DNA of 64,000 nucleotides from Elusimicrobia bacterium RIFOXYA2_FULL_39_19 (GTDB lineage: Bacteria > Elusimicrobiota > Endomicrobiia > CG1-02-37-114 > XYA2-FULL-39-19): positions 18,476 to 82,475 of the forward strand of contig MGVC01000005.1 in the NCBI GenBank assembly GCA_001800285.1, read 5' to 3'. Positions 20,101-25,669 of this stretch are shown in pieces. The stretch's first letter is position 1. Every line of letters begins with the position of its first letter. The notes beneath the pieces are model-generated. The model did not search any database, had not been told where the DNA came from, and saw nothing but the letters and a program-made list of their open reading frames with translations. Both the position numbers and the translations under genes were made by a program.

Positions 20101-20917
20101 GTGTAACTAAATTCGGATAAACCCTTATTTCAGAACTTGTACCGGTTGATAACCAGATATCGTTGCCATTATAATTAAGAGCTTCTGTTGGATATGCTTT
20201 TACATAATGCGTTGCATAACCTGTCAGACCTGCCATTTCTGCATTAAAAACAGTTATGGTTGTTATACTTGAACCATTAATCAAACAAACATAATTTGTT
20301 TTTGATCCATATTGATCGGTAGATTCAACATACACTATGGGGTTTGCGTCAGAAATAGTATTCCATTGTAAATCTGTGGCTTTTATTGTTATGGCAAATG
20401 GTTGGCCTGCAGTAAATCTTGAAATCGGTGTTCCTGATTTTCCAGTTGAAGAACCCGGATTTTGTGTTTCGCCGGGAACTAAAATAAGCAACTTTGATGG
20501 ATCGGAAAGCGGGTAGGCTGTTGTATTATTTGAAACACCTGAAAATAATTCCAAGGGTCCTGAAGAGACCCAGATTCTAAAATAGTATAACTTATCGCTT
20601 TGAAGGCCTGTTATTACGTAATTCTGTCTGTTCCCGGAATTAACAGAACCTGTTGATAATACCAGATTTCCGCTTGTGCCCGTACTCCAGGCAATACTTT
20701 CAAAAGTTGATTTTTGAATTTCATACCTGCTCCCAACGGGTATAGTAAATGGGCCTGGATAGGTCCAAATTAAACGGACCTCATAAGAGTTCTGACCGGT
20801 AACAGCCGAAAGATCAGTTACCGCTAAAGATTGAGCAAATATGTTTTGAATACTTATAACAAGTATAAGAATACAAAACATAATTCTGATATTTATCACT
20901 TTATTCTTAAACATCAT
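8183..20917 (-). CDS. Giant (4244 aa) secreted cell-surface repeat protein / putative adhesin with a T9SS-type C-terminal sorting domain
   Basis: Uninterrupted 12.7 kb ORF with a GAGGAAAAATG RBS. Features: signal peptide (aa 1-28), an FN3-like segment (aa 33-120), two internal module families (listed separately below), Ig-like segments, and a C-terminal LVYPNP...GGYLAVIVSSTGERKVFKLGIIK. Confidence 0.9.
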   Translation of the reverse strand: MMFKNKVINIRIMFCILILVISIQNIFAQSLAVTDLSAVTGQNSYEVRLIWTYPGPFTIPVGSRYEIQKSTFESIAWSTGTSGNLVLSTGSVNSGNRQNYVITGLQSDKLYYFRIWVSSGPLELFSGVSNNTTAYPLSDPSKLLILVPGETQNPGSSTGKSGTPISRFTAGQPFAITIKATDLQWNTISDANPIVYVESTDQYGSKTNYVCLINGSSITTITVFNAEMAGLTGYATHYVKAYPTEALNYNGNDIWLSTGTSSEIRVYPNLVTRYHVILPNEVPAPGKPPYGENVTQQPIGDGTGGKNYSVSFQTAGVVFPVTVRVTDNYYNLCSTAVMGGVSVTVTDPYCSYSRSQGLTMGQNVWNNVMMNTASTWTVRATGSLGTYDSNIVNIIPGSAKRLRILAPGELPDAGNISTRGRMSNNYPTSHKAGESFNVTVDACDDYYNSVTTTGINVSIITDDLYDTHPSTKTLFSGTTTFGITLVTKKNTIITATTDYCSNYKYDYTQSIAITTNVPYRIQILVPGETHVDGKVTGSQPGKTEASNPTAQVAGVGFKTTVLCLDQCYNQTDENPTLTLMSDGADGDPNDPQVTGRSIWVSNGQYILDDSEKWVFSTSSNTGWRIRMSAFSWVEGEGYPGIMVNSQPSSKVPVVSNTASKLLVLLPGQNFDMNSPYGKTGSPSQQTAGAPFDVTVAITDSNFNIVSGAEGTIVLYTPTDPYNVEPAQITITGTDPGYKTASFTTGLKRAATYHYAVAEELYGTYTKYPNSAPDYTVSTFTVLPGTPNHLQIILPGETPAWGLNVSTANGKTGSPVTQTAGTVFEVTVNLVDNYYNTYNKGIFPSLPGITMPEVTVETNDPYDANSSTSPLGDISASNTFQIQLKTAATWHMLWTKDVDGSDPRYITDVSSRQFTVNPSSPAFLLVVVPGETHVPGKWNIAPYGRTDTQPTVHTAGDAFNIDVVLTDIWYNRIMSGVDMPSCTVTTWDYQDSEPTIQCLAFGSRAFSVRPLTASSSWTCVSVDWSTAAVKYTSKESSQIRIWPDAAYYMQGTSYIDPVRGSTWAYAGSDYNVRINVKDRYHNICSTGSTRYTGEVQFLAEIAPTDFDNSLQNPEPLPGSGGEHYVFTDADAGSHLFTIQLKKAGTRWINWRQSTDSLIDANRSGYSNRPVIEVRPGDPSKFAFAIPSPWTDPIYVKAGISGGVPNRQQVKAFIADSYENQVSSSNISAVLSVVDVFGSSGTIKDASGNVITSTTTDSNGEVGGLGKELYYEVSTTGGHYAKVQVSTAAGATITGKSVNIMTTGGDLYRFQFVTTPSDIEASAGNIKSTVFTFEKRDYWNNPTGETNIVSLSIGTQLKTDSPSVLNSQKKYWNKTTDTMLSMYDVAIPIWSAAVWPVPAANSQASFRYSDMYASWPAGEDGSQGTATAALPARPSIGKWTASVEYGIYVGSTTFNVNPGAITQVGFDVIPSTTLPLLAGIVYNNQNSLQVLEIETQDTYGNPKAVNVDTTMNLQSDSGAGNSLRIDYLHRLTFESEVDTIATTEYGRNYSFSLTSSPWMHTSTASISAGQYATQFWYADTKASKTYPPYNIAASTMPHVKASSGSWETPGSGQYVPITASPIKKLAIISSHQILAAGTTSSAFLLQTQDKFSNPSPVITGEEVMSIFDLNSTGTGNVRFASPNITSGWVAKPAVDIVTLNIGDDTTSFYMIDTNLGNFQITAQNPAKTDWAVAVQTYSVVAGNPHHFVFITESRRLIAGTTIAYTGSGNLGSVVSTYSVQGYNPFSSAVLPVPLSSYSNRVQTVTVITIQLRDQSDNVTISSDATSIVYTCTNSTSARAGENPLKNLMLSADWPSICEGGFLPGIIPPGSSEHSIYFFDTKAGTSTLRAEGTCGSIQLVSATQNQYITPAPARFFTIHHSYPLTNPLPVNSNGTVTVKARDRFGNVASGDSTNGQYYKGIIKFAHTGSTTAVTLRAMPGSATYYAYTESDSGVWQGLQVINQMQESLKISATHYASPVTQALDYPADGVVYGWTNDSTRVETAHSDANLVTSGIKVTPILDPENLLRGSNYLSRVISKKVYQGDGDIVENFQPFGMAGLTMVTLPVEANLTEKLEQIKVEKFGNTPSSSISKMSLYYDASGNYYFDPELVSGGQPTDTKLCDAEYDAGTDAWYFRNLSVKPEVSVNTLPKTYFIAVRIATSATTGTYFGLRLQSYQSIQTSGTIGVSQANFEIVTTTWAVEKSPPKVYAQLTDIAAYYQLEGTTQPITYSYMQQGESDIGMLRVAFSAPMFQGAISEIKVGRTGTGQDYDIVGVKIYMDGKDSSPNDGRIDAGSNPNGALEPGGDDALTNWVPFTDRSAQCMLSTPQLIDCTSRYFFITYKIENSATPGYTHGAQINGITLLEGAMQSYASIESTKVVVTATVDELNVYNVNKQETSVSSVNFTVTGVVTQGDANITVMKLTMATVQRTGLWGGLKLDRSIYRNATSGVPEGTLSLPTDVDKIQLWYDSNNDGMFEVTDSMVVDQNPQFSLMEFPVSELAESINESASVIEVADIGVFFPPFCSVPKAPGKLIIDDNGDPSKLEIVTYTGVDEDNNLFTGVVRGQDKTTAKSHTSGAIVSGPARLDIVGDVSGVQEIRQTPKNYFITFDYSPVCTVDASLKLGVEIPSTGYFTINSPDYMGNVQAQVGLRSPRNNQWIGTEWAATGWTESYVSQVKEYPDDVLVKPTDYIYTQYLVQGSVDNVMAQFTLETDLSEALWYAIRIYSTGTASYDGGAVQEEVPVVKVWYDANNDRMLNKSPVTPYFYAGTDYDVLVGSGTFSNAGDALATLIRFNSSKVQEIITAARAGVAKSQRYFITYDISETALTTNPRTGDPKNLGVRLTAESFPTDEDNLVQTEDDFISEPDNLDDIGLPWKSTLKTIASSPRTIFVKSAPIFSDDDPKETGTLSTYEVPRLSGNLSAGADVLYLFSNDSLGRPTPTLAIPASGYAVIESEIIKYTGKTANSITGITRGVLGSFAASHSSGVVFGVQVTQGVKNFAVEKLDLWADGFQVEMGTITITRTTPSYLLFGADSDLLNIKVYRDDNGNSRLDRFASPEYRGIVTADTLVGSGVYDNSRGRLYLNDPAINRGYILVTTTPTAYFITYDVSPSAKFSHPLISWQNEIIGAEITGEDKIGVNHPSEEMRHRVSTYVPIGLGEIPAFPIKTANMPIVATVDTVYITPSSELMSTVERYAENVPVIQLSMKTNRNTALWESIKVNLTGTGVDADVSKIKIWKVITSTSEYSVFESTVMINSQPCGLITYGSDTFTEKAATLLLKTEDNYYDARTITATLQTYYLTYDISQFAQISKTVGASILDKTYFTVQVPDGVEFLWPTAPFITQTAEIKEVQVAVSATVSDSAYYVHFASGAFQSQSNVEMMRLKLRTDKSNCNWDAIQVERTGTGGPLDQTKPEGRNSDVKYIKIFRDANYNNILDADDQCISEAETKISSLCSDGVYYNYISIYTPLPFDLIVESTITLTGTFPTGQQQLLVKAGDEIMRYSLAGTTITPTGPKPFLRIVERGKYGTVRKQLNSGDLIKKVDMFDLSNDLSKTKMIYLTNIQKLNPSNQTYFIAYDMGDNAVAGNTIGLKIPDSGWIKLRLPHDVSPLLVLETNTGVQLGNSTSFDYCKTSLLPVTPIGLIVKSENYAPVYTKYGSKNVPLMLLRLKTNTNHALLTNITLKQTGTVETSLIPGKGQGDFSCLSIWKEATSAAFPYGDGKFDATTDVFISSIPHSTGANPNMNFVSGMASLSIESTGLYISTAEVKLYIVGDVGYTDLSMNSTENDYTGIRLEEFSGLTIVPQTMVSDKNNTFPYKSSEFRITNISNYVDLPKVEITAPKEGEKISGNRITLTSEITSGESSDIRYVYFQYRKASEDEWHNIYSTGSLFTNPDATYPYNYFWDVSNESDFLQGNYQLRCVAYDKTGNYDNNPETVNVVIDRISPDMEEKIQNGVPEKTQKIYNNVENSIKLADINKKHFTEIIIPEGALSGSFDLVKVAINPLSIPSSDRKYKSAGMFRSIELASGQKTLLKNVTIIIAYADEDNDGIIDDTDMREENIKILYYDESSRIWKKDSETTVDKINNTASIQVGHFSLFGIFAAASNNLDNVLVYPNPYVPYDGADDNGIPYSQGNSQSGIVFENLTEAVKIYIYTVSGELVFDSYIESSGTFNWDVKNNNGSELASGGYLAVIVSSTGERKVFKLGIIK
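8186..8494 (-). other. C-terminal sorting domain (T9SS type A CTD / FlgD-Ig-like), aa 4142-4244 of the giant protein
   Basis: NLDNVLVYPNPYVP...VKIYIYTVSGELVFDSY...FNWDVKNNNGSELASGGYLAVIVSS...KVFKLGIIK. This matches the PNP start, the strand pattern and the terminal K-x-x-K typical of Por-secretion tails. Confidence 0.6.
9398..14644 (-). repeat. Eight divergent ~180-290 aa protein modules (aa ~2092-3840)
   Basis: Each module has [LM]xLx(8-12)Wxx[IL]xVxxTGTG..., then [IV]K[IVL][WY]xDxNxN/DGxxD, and ends in x-YF[IL]TYD[IV]S....G. The YF motif occurs at aa 2189, 2373, 2641, 2851, 3138, 3333 and 3608. Asp/Asn-rich loops occur at aa 2134-2144, 2313-2329, 2503-2514, 2783-2794, 3077-3089, 3460-3476 and 3750-3760. 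Confidence 0.7.
17768..20491 (-). repeat. Seven tandem ~120-140 aa protein modules (aa ~143-1050)
   Basis: Motif: LxI[LV][LVA]PGE-x(5-20)-GK[TS]G.P..QTAG..F.VTV...D..[YW]N. It starts at aa 143, 275, 402, 520, 660, 789 and 922. Examples: LLILVPGETQNPG..GKSGTPISRFTAGQPFAITIKATDLQWN and HLQIILPGETPAW..GKTGSPVTQTAGTVFEVTVNLVDNYYN. Confidence 0.75.
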
Positions 20918-21129
20918 TTTTCCTCAAATACCTACCCCGTGCAGTTTTCATCCTGATCTATCCTTTTACAATAGGATATCTGGATATTGCTCATAAAAAA
21001 AAACAATTTGAAAACTATCGCAGGGGTAAAGTGAAAACGATATCCTGTGAACAAAGATGTTTGGAATACAGGGTAAACGTCACACATGCATCCATCCGCG
21101 GGCGATCCCGTGAAAGTCTGCTGCCGTTT

Positions 21130-21168
21130 AAAAAACCGAGTGAAAGCATTGGAAAATGCCACTCGGTT
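21130..21168 (-). terminator. Intrinsic terminator in the giant-gene leader, candidate riboswitch expression platform
   Basis: The minus strand reads AACCGAGTG-GCATTTTCCAATGCTTT-CACTCGGTT followed by TTTTAAA: a perfect 9 bp stem plus a U tract. It lies ~70 nt after the aptamer and ~210 nt before the start codon. Confidence 0.65.
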
Positions 21169-21234
21169 GAGTTTACGACACTGTAACCTTACTGCGGTTT
21201 TTGGCGGCCTGGCGGTCATTGGACATTCCTCTTT

Positions 21235-21340
21235 TTTAGGCGTCTGCGCTTCAACTCCCTAGAACCGTTGGAGTCAGGCGTCCTTTAGACCCATAGCTTT
21301 GCGCCCGTCGGTTTCCCGGCGTTTGCTTTTATCAATTTTT
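21235..21340 (-). promoter_or_regulatory. c-di-GMP-I (GEMM-I) riboswitch-like aptamer
   Basis: The minus strand reads AAAAGCAAACGCCGGGAAACCGACGGGCGCAAAGCUAUGGGUCUAAAGGACGCCUGACUCCAACGGUUCUAGGGAGUUGAAGCGCAGACGCC. It lines up with the Vibrio Vc2 aptamer as I recall it (GGGCAAACCAUUCGAAAGAGUGGGACGCAAAGCCUCCGGCCUAAACC...). Shared elements: GCAAAC, a 6 bp hairpin capped by a GAAA tetraloop, G(A)CGCAAAGC, and a GGxCUAAA receptor-like segment. The long 3' helix closes as GGGUCU/AGAC(G)CC. Confidence 0.65.
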
Positions 21341-21398
21341 GTCAGTTTTGGTTTTGTAGAGCCAAGGTAATTTGTGCTTTTTGTCACACCCTGATATG

Positions 21399-21427
21399 TA
21401 TATAGTATGGAAAGATAGTAAAGTCAA
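21399..21427 (-). promoter_or_regulatory. Sigma70-type promoter candidate for the riboswitch / giant-protein transcript
   Basis: Minus strand TTGACT (21422-21427), 17 nt spacer, TATATA (21399-21404). Confidence 0.45.
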
Positions 21428-21450
21428 GGCTTATTTACATAAACTTTACC

Positions 21451-21494
21451 GATGATTACTGCGGATTTGGGGTTTTAGGATTTGAGGTGACTAA
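21451..21494 (+). repeat. Single-arm array of ~8 nt units related to the liv-region repeat units
   Basis: GATGATTA CTGCGGATTTG GGGTTTTA GGATTTGA GGTGACTA. I found no complementary arm nearby. Confidence 0.4.
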
Positions 21495-21514
21495 AATTTC
21501 TGCTATTTGGTGTG

Positions 21515-22141
21515 TTATTTTATGCCGTATTCATCAAAAAGATGAACCTGATGGCGGCATTTGGGGCATGATATTTTGAAGATGTCCGGCCTTGCAATGT
21601 CTTTTATTTCGGTTTTGGGTTTATTGTTTTGGCTTAAATCCATTGATTGCTGGTAGGTTGAAAAAAGCGCGTAATTTCCGTAAGCCATGTGGCCTAATTT
21701 ATTAAACACCCACAGCAACTGGCTTATAGGGGCAATTACAGTGCTGCATTTTTCACACAGGAGCAGTTCTTTTTCTACGCCGGAAAATAGCGTTTTTCTG
21801 TCAAAGGTTGCCAGGTCAAATTCTGTATTGGAAAGTTTTACGCCTTTCTGCGTGGTGCATAGGCGCTCGCACTGCCCGCAGAATACACAAAGGTCATAAT
21901 GCCAGATTATACTGCGGTTAAAAACACCATCATTATCAGCAGATTCTTTTACTTCTATGGCCTGTGCCGGGCAGACTTCTGCGCAGGCACCGCAGGCAAT
22001 ACATTCATCCTGATTAGGGATAGGTTTACCGCGGAATCTTTTTTCCGGGACGTGCGGTTCATAAGGGAACCTTGAAGTATAGGGCCCTTTGATTAACGCT
22101 TTTATTGCTTCGCCAAGTTCTCTAAGTTTTGGATATCTCAT
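21515..22141 (-). CDS. NuoI/HycF/MbhN-like 2x[4Fe-4S] hydrogenase subunit with a C-terminal Cys-rich extension
   Basis: CIACGACAEVCP and CVFCGQCERLC ferredoxin motifs, plus CEKCS...CPKCRH in the C-terminal third. The ORF opens with TTG at 22177. The ATG at 22141 (MRYPKLRELG) is preferred. Confidence 0.75.
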   Translation of the reverse strand: MRYPKLRELGEAIKALIKGPYTSRFPYEPHVPEKRFRGKPIPNQDECIACGACAEVCPAQAIEVKESADNDGVFNRSIIWHYDLCVFCGQCERLCTTQKGVKLSNTEFDLATFDRKTLFSGVEKELLLCEKCSTVIAPISQLLWVFNKLGHMAYGNYALFSTYQQSMDLSQNNKPKTEIKDIARPDIFKISCPKCRHQVHLFDEYGIK

Positions 22142-22200
22142 ATAAGTATTAACGCTGAACGCTAAATTGAAAATCAATAAATATAAAACCTACAATAAAG

Positions 22201-22524
22201 TTATTTGTCTTTTTCATAATGGTCACAGACTGATTTTTCCCACGGCTTTACGCCGGAAAGATGTGCGGCGCGTGAAATAGCGTGGGCAGATACCGGCGCT
22301 GTAAGCAGTAAAAATAATGCGCAAAATATTGCTTTTATACCCACATCAGTAAATCCGTGGATTACAAATACGCCCAGCATAATGCCGCAGGTGCCGAACG
22401 TTACACATTTTATTGAGGCATGAAGCCGGTTATATAAATCCGGAAGCCTTACTAAACCCAAGCAGCCAATAAAATCAAAGGTTATCCCTATTCCTATAAA
22501 TATATACCCTATTAAATCAATCAT
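22201..22524 (-). CDS. mnhG: Mrp/Mnh antiporter subunit G
   Basis: Small 3-TM protein containing GCLGLVRLPDLYNRLHA, typical of MnhG/PhaG. The ATG at 22524 overlaps the mnhF stop codon (ATGATTGA). Confidence 0.75.
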   Translation of the reverse strand: MIDLIGYIFIGIGITFDFIGCLGLVRLPDLYNRLHASIKCVTFGTCGIMLGVFVIHGFTDVGIKAIFCALFLLLTAPVSAHAISRAAHLSGVKPWEKSVCDHYEKDK

Positions 22525-22852
22525 CAAATTTTTTCCCCTCAAGATATTTTGCCAGGGCAATAGTTGCAATAAAAGACTGCAGCGCCCACGCTATGGCTAT
22601 TTCAATAAAAAATATTTTATCTGTAAATACCGTTAAAACTCCGCAAAAACCTATGACCAGAATACCCAGAATATCTATGGCTACTACGCGGTCCGCCGGG
22701 GTTGGCCCCTTGTAAATCCTCCACAGGCATAATATACAAGAAGGAATAAGAAAGTTCACCATTCTCATAAGAGGTGAAAACTCATATTTCAGATTTACGG
22801 CTATTATCAACGCTATAAGTATCAGCCCTATAAACCAGCGTAATAATTTCAT
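22517..22852 (-). CDS. mnhF: Mrp/Mnh antiporter subunit F
   Basis: 111 aa, 3 TM, with LWRIYKGPTPADRVVAIDILG typical of MrpF. Confidence 0.75.
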   Translation of the reverse strand: MKLLRWFIGLILIALIIAVNLKYEFSPLMRMVNFLIPSCILCLWRIYKGPTPADRVVAIDILGILVIGFCGVLTVFTDKIFFIEIAIAWALQSFIATIALAKYLEGKKFDD

Positions 22853-22863
22853 TTTATATACCT

Positions 22864-23358
22864 TTATTCAAATATTTTTCCCAATATTTTTTCGTATTTG
22901 CCTATTATTATTTCTGTTGCTTTATCAATATCTTCGGTTTCCACGTTCATCCAGTGAACATAGAGATAACCGTTTTCACTGTCTACGTCTACGGTGAAAG
23001 TGCCGGGGGTAAGCGTGATTGTGTTTGCCAGATAAGTCAGGGCAGAATCACTGCGTAAATTTGTTTTTACTTTTACAATACCGGGTTTTATAGGAAGGCC
23101 CGGGTGCAGTATTCTGTAGGCGCCGTCAATATTTCCTTTTACCATTTCCCATATAAATACCCATATATAATAAACCGCCCATATATATCTTGCATGCTGT
23201 TTGAATTTCCAGGGGTTACGAGTTAATATATCGCCTACAGCCCAGGCAATAAATAAACTGATAATAACACCTGTCAGTAAATACTGCCAGTCTAAAGACC
23301 AGGTAAGGGCTACCCAGAAAACAAATGCCAATAGAAATGATAACGCTCTGCTTTTCAT
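22864..23358 (-). CDS. mnhE: Mrp/Mnh antiporter subunit E
   Basis: 164 aa with two N-terminal TM segments and a soluble C-terminal part (TLTPGT motif). Its position between the D and F subunits supports the call. Confidence 0.65.
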   Translation of the reverse strand: MKSRALSFLLAFVFWVALTWSLDWQYLLTGVIISLFIAWAVGDILTRNPWKFKQHARYIWAVYYIWVFIWEMVKGNIDGAYRILHPGLPIKPGIVKVKTNLRSDSALTYLANTITLTPGTFTVDVDSENGYLYVHWMNVETEDIDKATEIIIGKYEKILGKIFE

Positions 23359-23372
23359 GACTCGCCTTTTAT

Positions 23373-24845
23373 TTATTTCATAACTGCATCAGCATAACTT
23401 GAACCGTTTATTAATACATTAACTGCCGGGTCAAGCACTATAGCTTTTAAAGCGGGAACGTAAAGCAAACCCAACCCAATACATACCGCCGCTAAAACAA
23501 TCATTGAAACACACATGGATACGGGTGCTTCCTTTATACCTGCCCACTTGCTTTTCAGCTCACCGAAAAACACGTGCTTTTGAAGCTTAAGATAATATGA
23601 CAGGGTAATTATACTTATGATTACGGCAATAAAAGCCCCCATATACTGACCGGCCTGTATGGCGGCAACAATTATCAGCAACTTGCTCCAGAAGCCGCCG
23701 AAGGGCGGTATGCCTGATATGGACATGGAACCTATTATTGAAGTTATGGAAGTAACGGGCATTTTTTTCCCGAAACCGCCCATTTCACGGATATCGCGGA
23801 TATCATCTGCGGCATTTACTACGGCACCGGCAGTCATAAACATTAATGCTTTTGCATAAGCATGGTTTACCAGGTGAAATAAAGCCGCAAAATAACCCAG
23901 CGGCGTACCCAAACCCAAAGCAAAAAAGATATAGCCAATCTGGCTGATGGTTGAATAAGCCAGCATACGTTTAATATCATTCTGATAAACTGCCAGTATA
24001 CCGCCAAGAATAATTGAAGCCGTGCCCATAATCAGAAATGTTTTGCTTATCAGCAGGGTTATACCAAACACGTTAAACATAACGCGCAGTAATGTATAAA
24101 TACCCAGGGATTTTACCAGCACACCGGATAATAATGCTGAAATAGGAGACGGCGCCGAAGAATGTGCGTCAGGCAGCCAGGCATGAAAAGGAACAATGGC
24201 TGATTTCATGCCGGCACCGATTAAAAATAATACAATTACAAAACTAATCAGTTTATTGTCAGGCTTTTGTGCCAATATCTGCGCCATGTCCGCCATATTC
24301 AAAGTTGATGTGTAAGCATAGAGAAGGCAGACACCCATTAGAATAAACAACAAACCAACAGTATTAAGAACCGCATATTTAAAAGATGCTTCCAACTCTT
24401 CTGCGCGAGTACCGAACGCCACCAGTGCATAAGATGCCACGCCGCCTACTTCTATCCAGATAAGCAGGTTGAATAAATCTCCGGTAAGCACTGCTGCGTT
24501 CATACTGGCAAGCATAACCAGATATAGGGCAAAGTAAGTCCATTTTGAAGTATATTTACCTATGTAGCCAATAGAATAATTGGCGGCAACAAAAACAATT
24601 GTATTTATAATAACAAGAATTAAAATGCTTAACCCGTCAGCTACCAGGTTTATGCCCAGAGGCGGCGCCCAGCCGCCGATGTTGTAGGAGGTAAACCCGC
24701 CTTTAATAAGAAGTTTTAACGATAACACCATAAGAACAAAAGTAACCAGCCAGGTTATGGTATAGCTGACTTTTCTGGAATATTTTCCTGTTACGGAAAT
24801 TATAAAAGCGCCTGCTAACGGAATGATTATAAATAAAGGAAGCAT
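23373..24845 (-). CDS. mnhD: Mrp subunit D, NuoM/N-type antiporter-like subunit
   Basis: 490 aa polytopic protein with the conserved segments HAWLPDAHSSAPSPISALLSG and MLAYSTISQIGY of proton-translocating NuoL/M/N-family subunits. Confidence 0.8.
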   Translation of the reverse strand: MLPLFIIIPLAGAFIISVTGKYSRKVSYTITWLVTFVLMVLSLKLLIKGGFTSYNIGGWAPPLGINLVADGLSILILVIINTIVFVAANYSIGYIGKYTSKWTYFALYLVMLASMNAAVLTGDLFNLLIWIEVGGVASYALVAFGTRAEELEASFKYAVLNTVGLLFILMGVCLLYAYTSTLNMADMAQILAQKPDNKLISFVIVLFLIGAGMKSAIVPFHAWLPDAHSSAPSPISALLSGVLVKSLGIYTLLRVMFNVFGITLLISKTFLIMGTASIILGGILAVYQNDIKRMLAYSTISQIGYIFFALGLGTPLGYFAALFHLVNHAYAKALMFMTAGAVVNAADDIRDIREMGGFGKKMPVTSITSIIGSMSISGIPPFGGFWSKLLIIVAAIQAGQYMGAFIAVIISIITLSYYLKLQKHVFFGELKSKWAGIKEAPVSMCVSMIVLAAVCIGLGLLYVPALKAIVLDPAVNVLINGSSYADAVMK

Positions 24846-24848
24846 ATT

Positions 24849-25193
24849 TTAACCCTTGAGTTTATTGAGCTCTCTTATGTCATACGTGCCGTACTTATCA
24901 TAAATTCTCATTGCAATTGTTATAAGCAGAAAAGTTACTGCAAGGCTCATGACAACAAGTGTTAATATCATAGCCTGCACTACAGGGTCTACCATGGCAT
25001 CCGGGCGCGGCTCTGTCAGTGAAGTAAACACAGGAATAGTAGCGCCGTTTTTATAACCTACTAAAATAAGAAAGACATTCATGGAGTATTCCATAATGGA
25101 TAAACCAATAATTATTTTTATAAGGTTTCTTTTTATCAGTATTGCATAGAGGCCTAAGGTAAATAGTATAAAAGTAAGAATGTATTCAATCAT
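24849..25193 (-). CDS. mnhC: Mrp subunit C (NuoK-like)
   Basis: 114 aa, 3 TM. Size and position match MrpC/NuoK. Confidence 0.7.
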   Translation of the reverse strand: MIEYILTFILFTLGLYAILIKRNLIKIIIGLSIMEYSMNVFLILVGYKNGATIPVFTSLTEPRPDAMVDPVVQAMILTLVVMSLAVTFLLITIAMRIYDKYGTYDIRELNKLKG

Positions 25194-25657
25194 TTTTTAT
25201 CCTCGCTAAGCCTGTAAAATATCAGCGCCAGAAACACGGAAAAAAAACCCGAGGCTACCGCCAGACATATTGCCAGGTTCATCAAAGGCATTATACCGGA
25301 ACTAAAAAGTGAAAATGGTTTTCCTATATAATCTACTCCCGGAGTGCGAAAAAAGTTATACATGAAATAACCTTTTGTCATTCCCAATATTCCCAGAATT
25401 AAAAAGGAAAGAGAACCTAACCCCACAAGAAACTGTATGGTTTTATCTGTTATTCTTTTCATAGCCACTTCTTTACCGAAAGCCAGCATAACGTGCATAT
25501 AAGAAAGAGCCACAATAATTCCGCCGGCAAAGCCGCCGCCGTGCACCAGATGGCCGTTCATAATGAAGTAAATACCAAACAACAGAATAAGCACCACCGT
25601 GTATCTGGTAATAGTTTTCACTATTATGGTCATGCCTTGTTCCGGTTTTTTAATCAT
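25190..25657 (-). CDS. mnhB: Mrp subunit B-like membrane protein
   Basis: 155 aa, 4 TM, containing HGGGFAGGI, typical of the MnhB domain. Confidence 0.65.
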   Translation of the reverse strand: MIKKPEQGMTIIVKTITRYTVVLILLFGIYFIMNGHLVHGGGFAGGIIVALSYMHVMLAFGKEVAMKRITDKTIQFLVGLGSLSFLILGILGMTKGYFMYNFFRTPGVDYIGKPFSLFSSGIMPLMNLAICLAVASGFFSVFLALIFYRLSEDKK

Positions 25658-25669
25658 ATTTTTTTCCTG

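Noticed and set aside
20932-21219. 95-aa minus-strand ORF upstream of the giant gene
   Set aside because: It has no recognisable motif or RBS and lies entirely inside the leader, overlapping the intrinsic terminator. The region is better explained as structured RNA downstream of the GEMM-like aptamer.
21225-21245. GAGGAATGTCC on the minus strand, which recalls the RNase P RNA P4 strand GAGGAAAGUCC
   Set aside because: The downstream sequence lacks the other RNase P conserved regions I could recall. The segment also sits between a riboswitch-like aptamer and its terminator.
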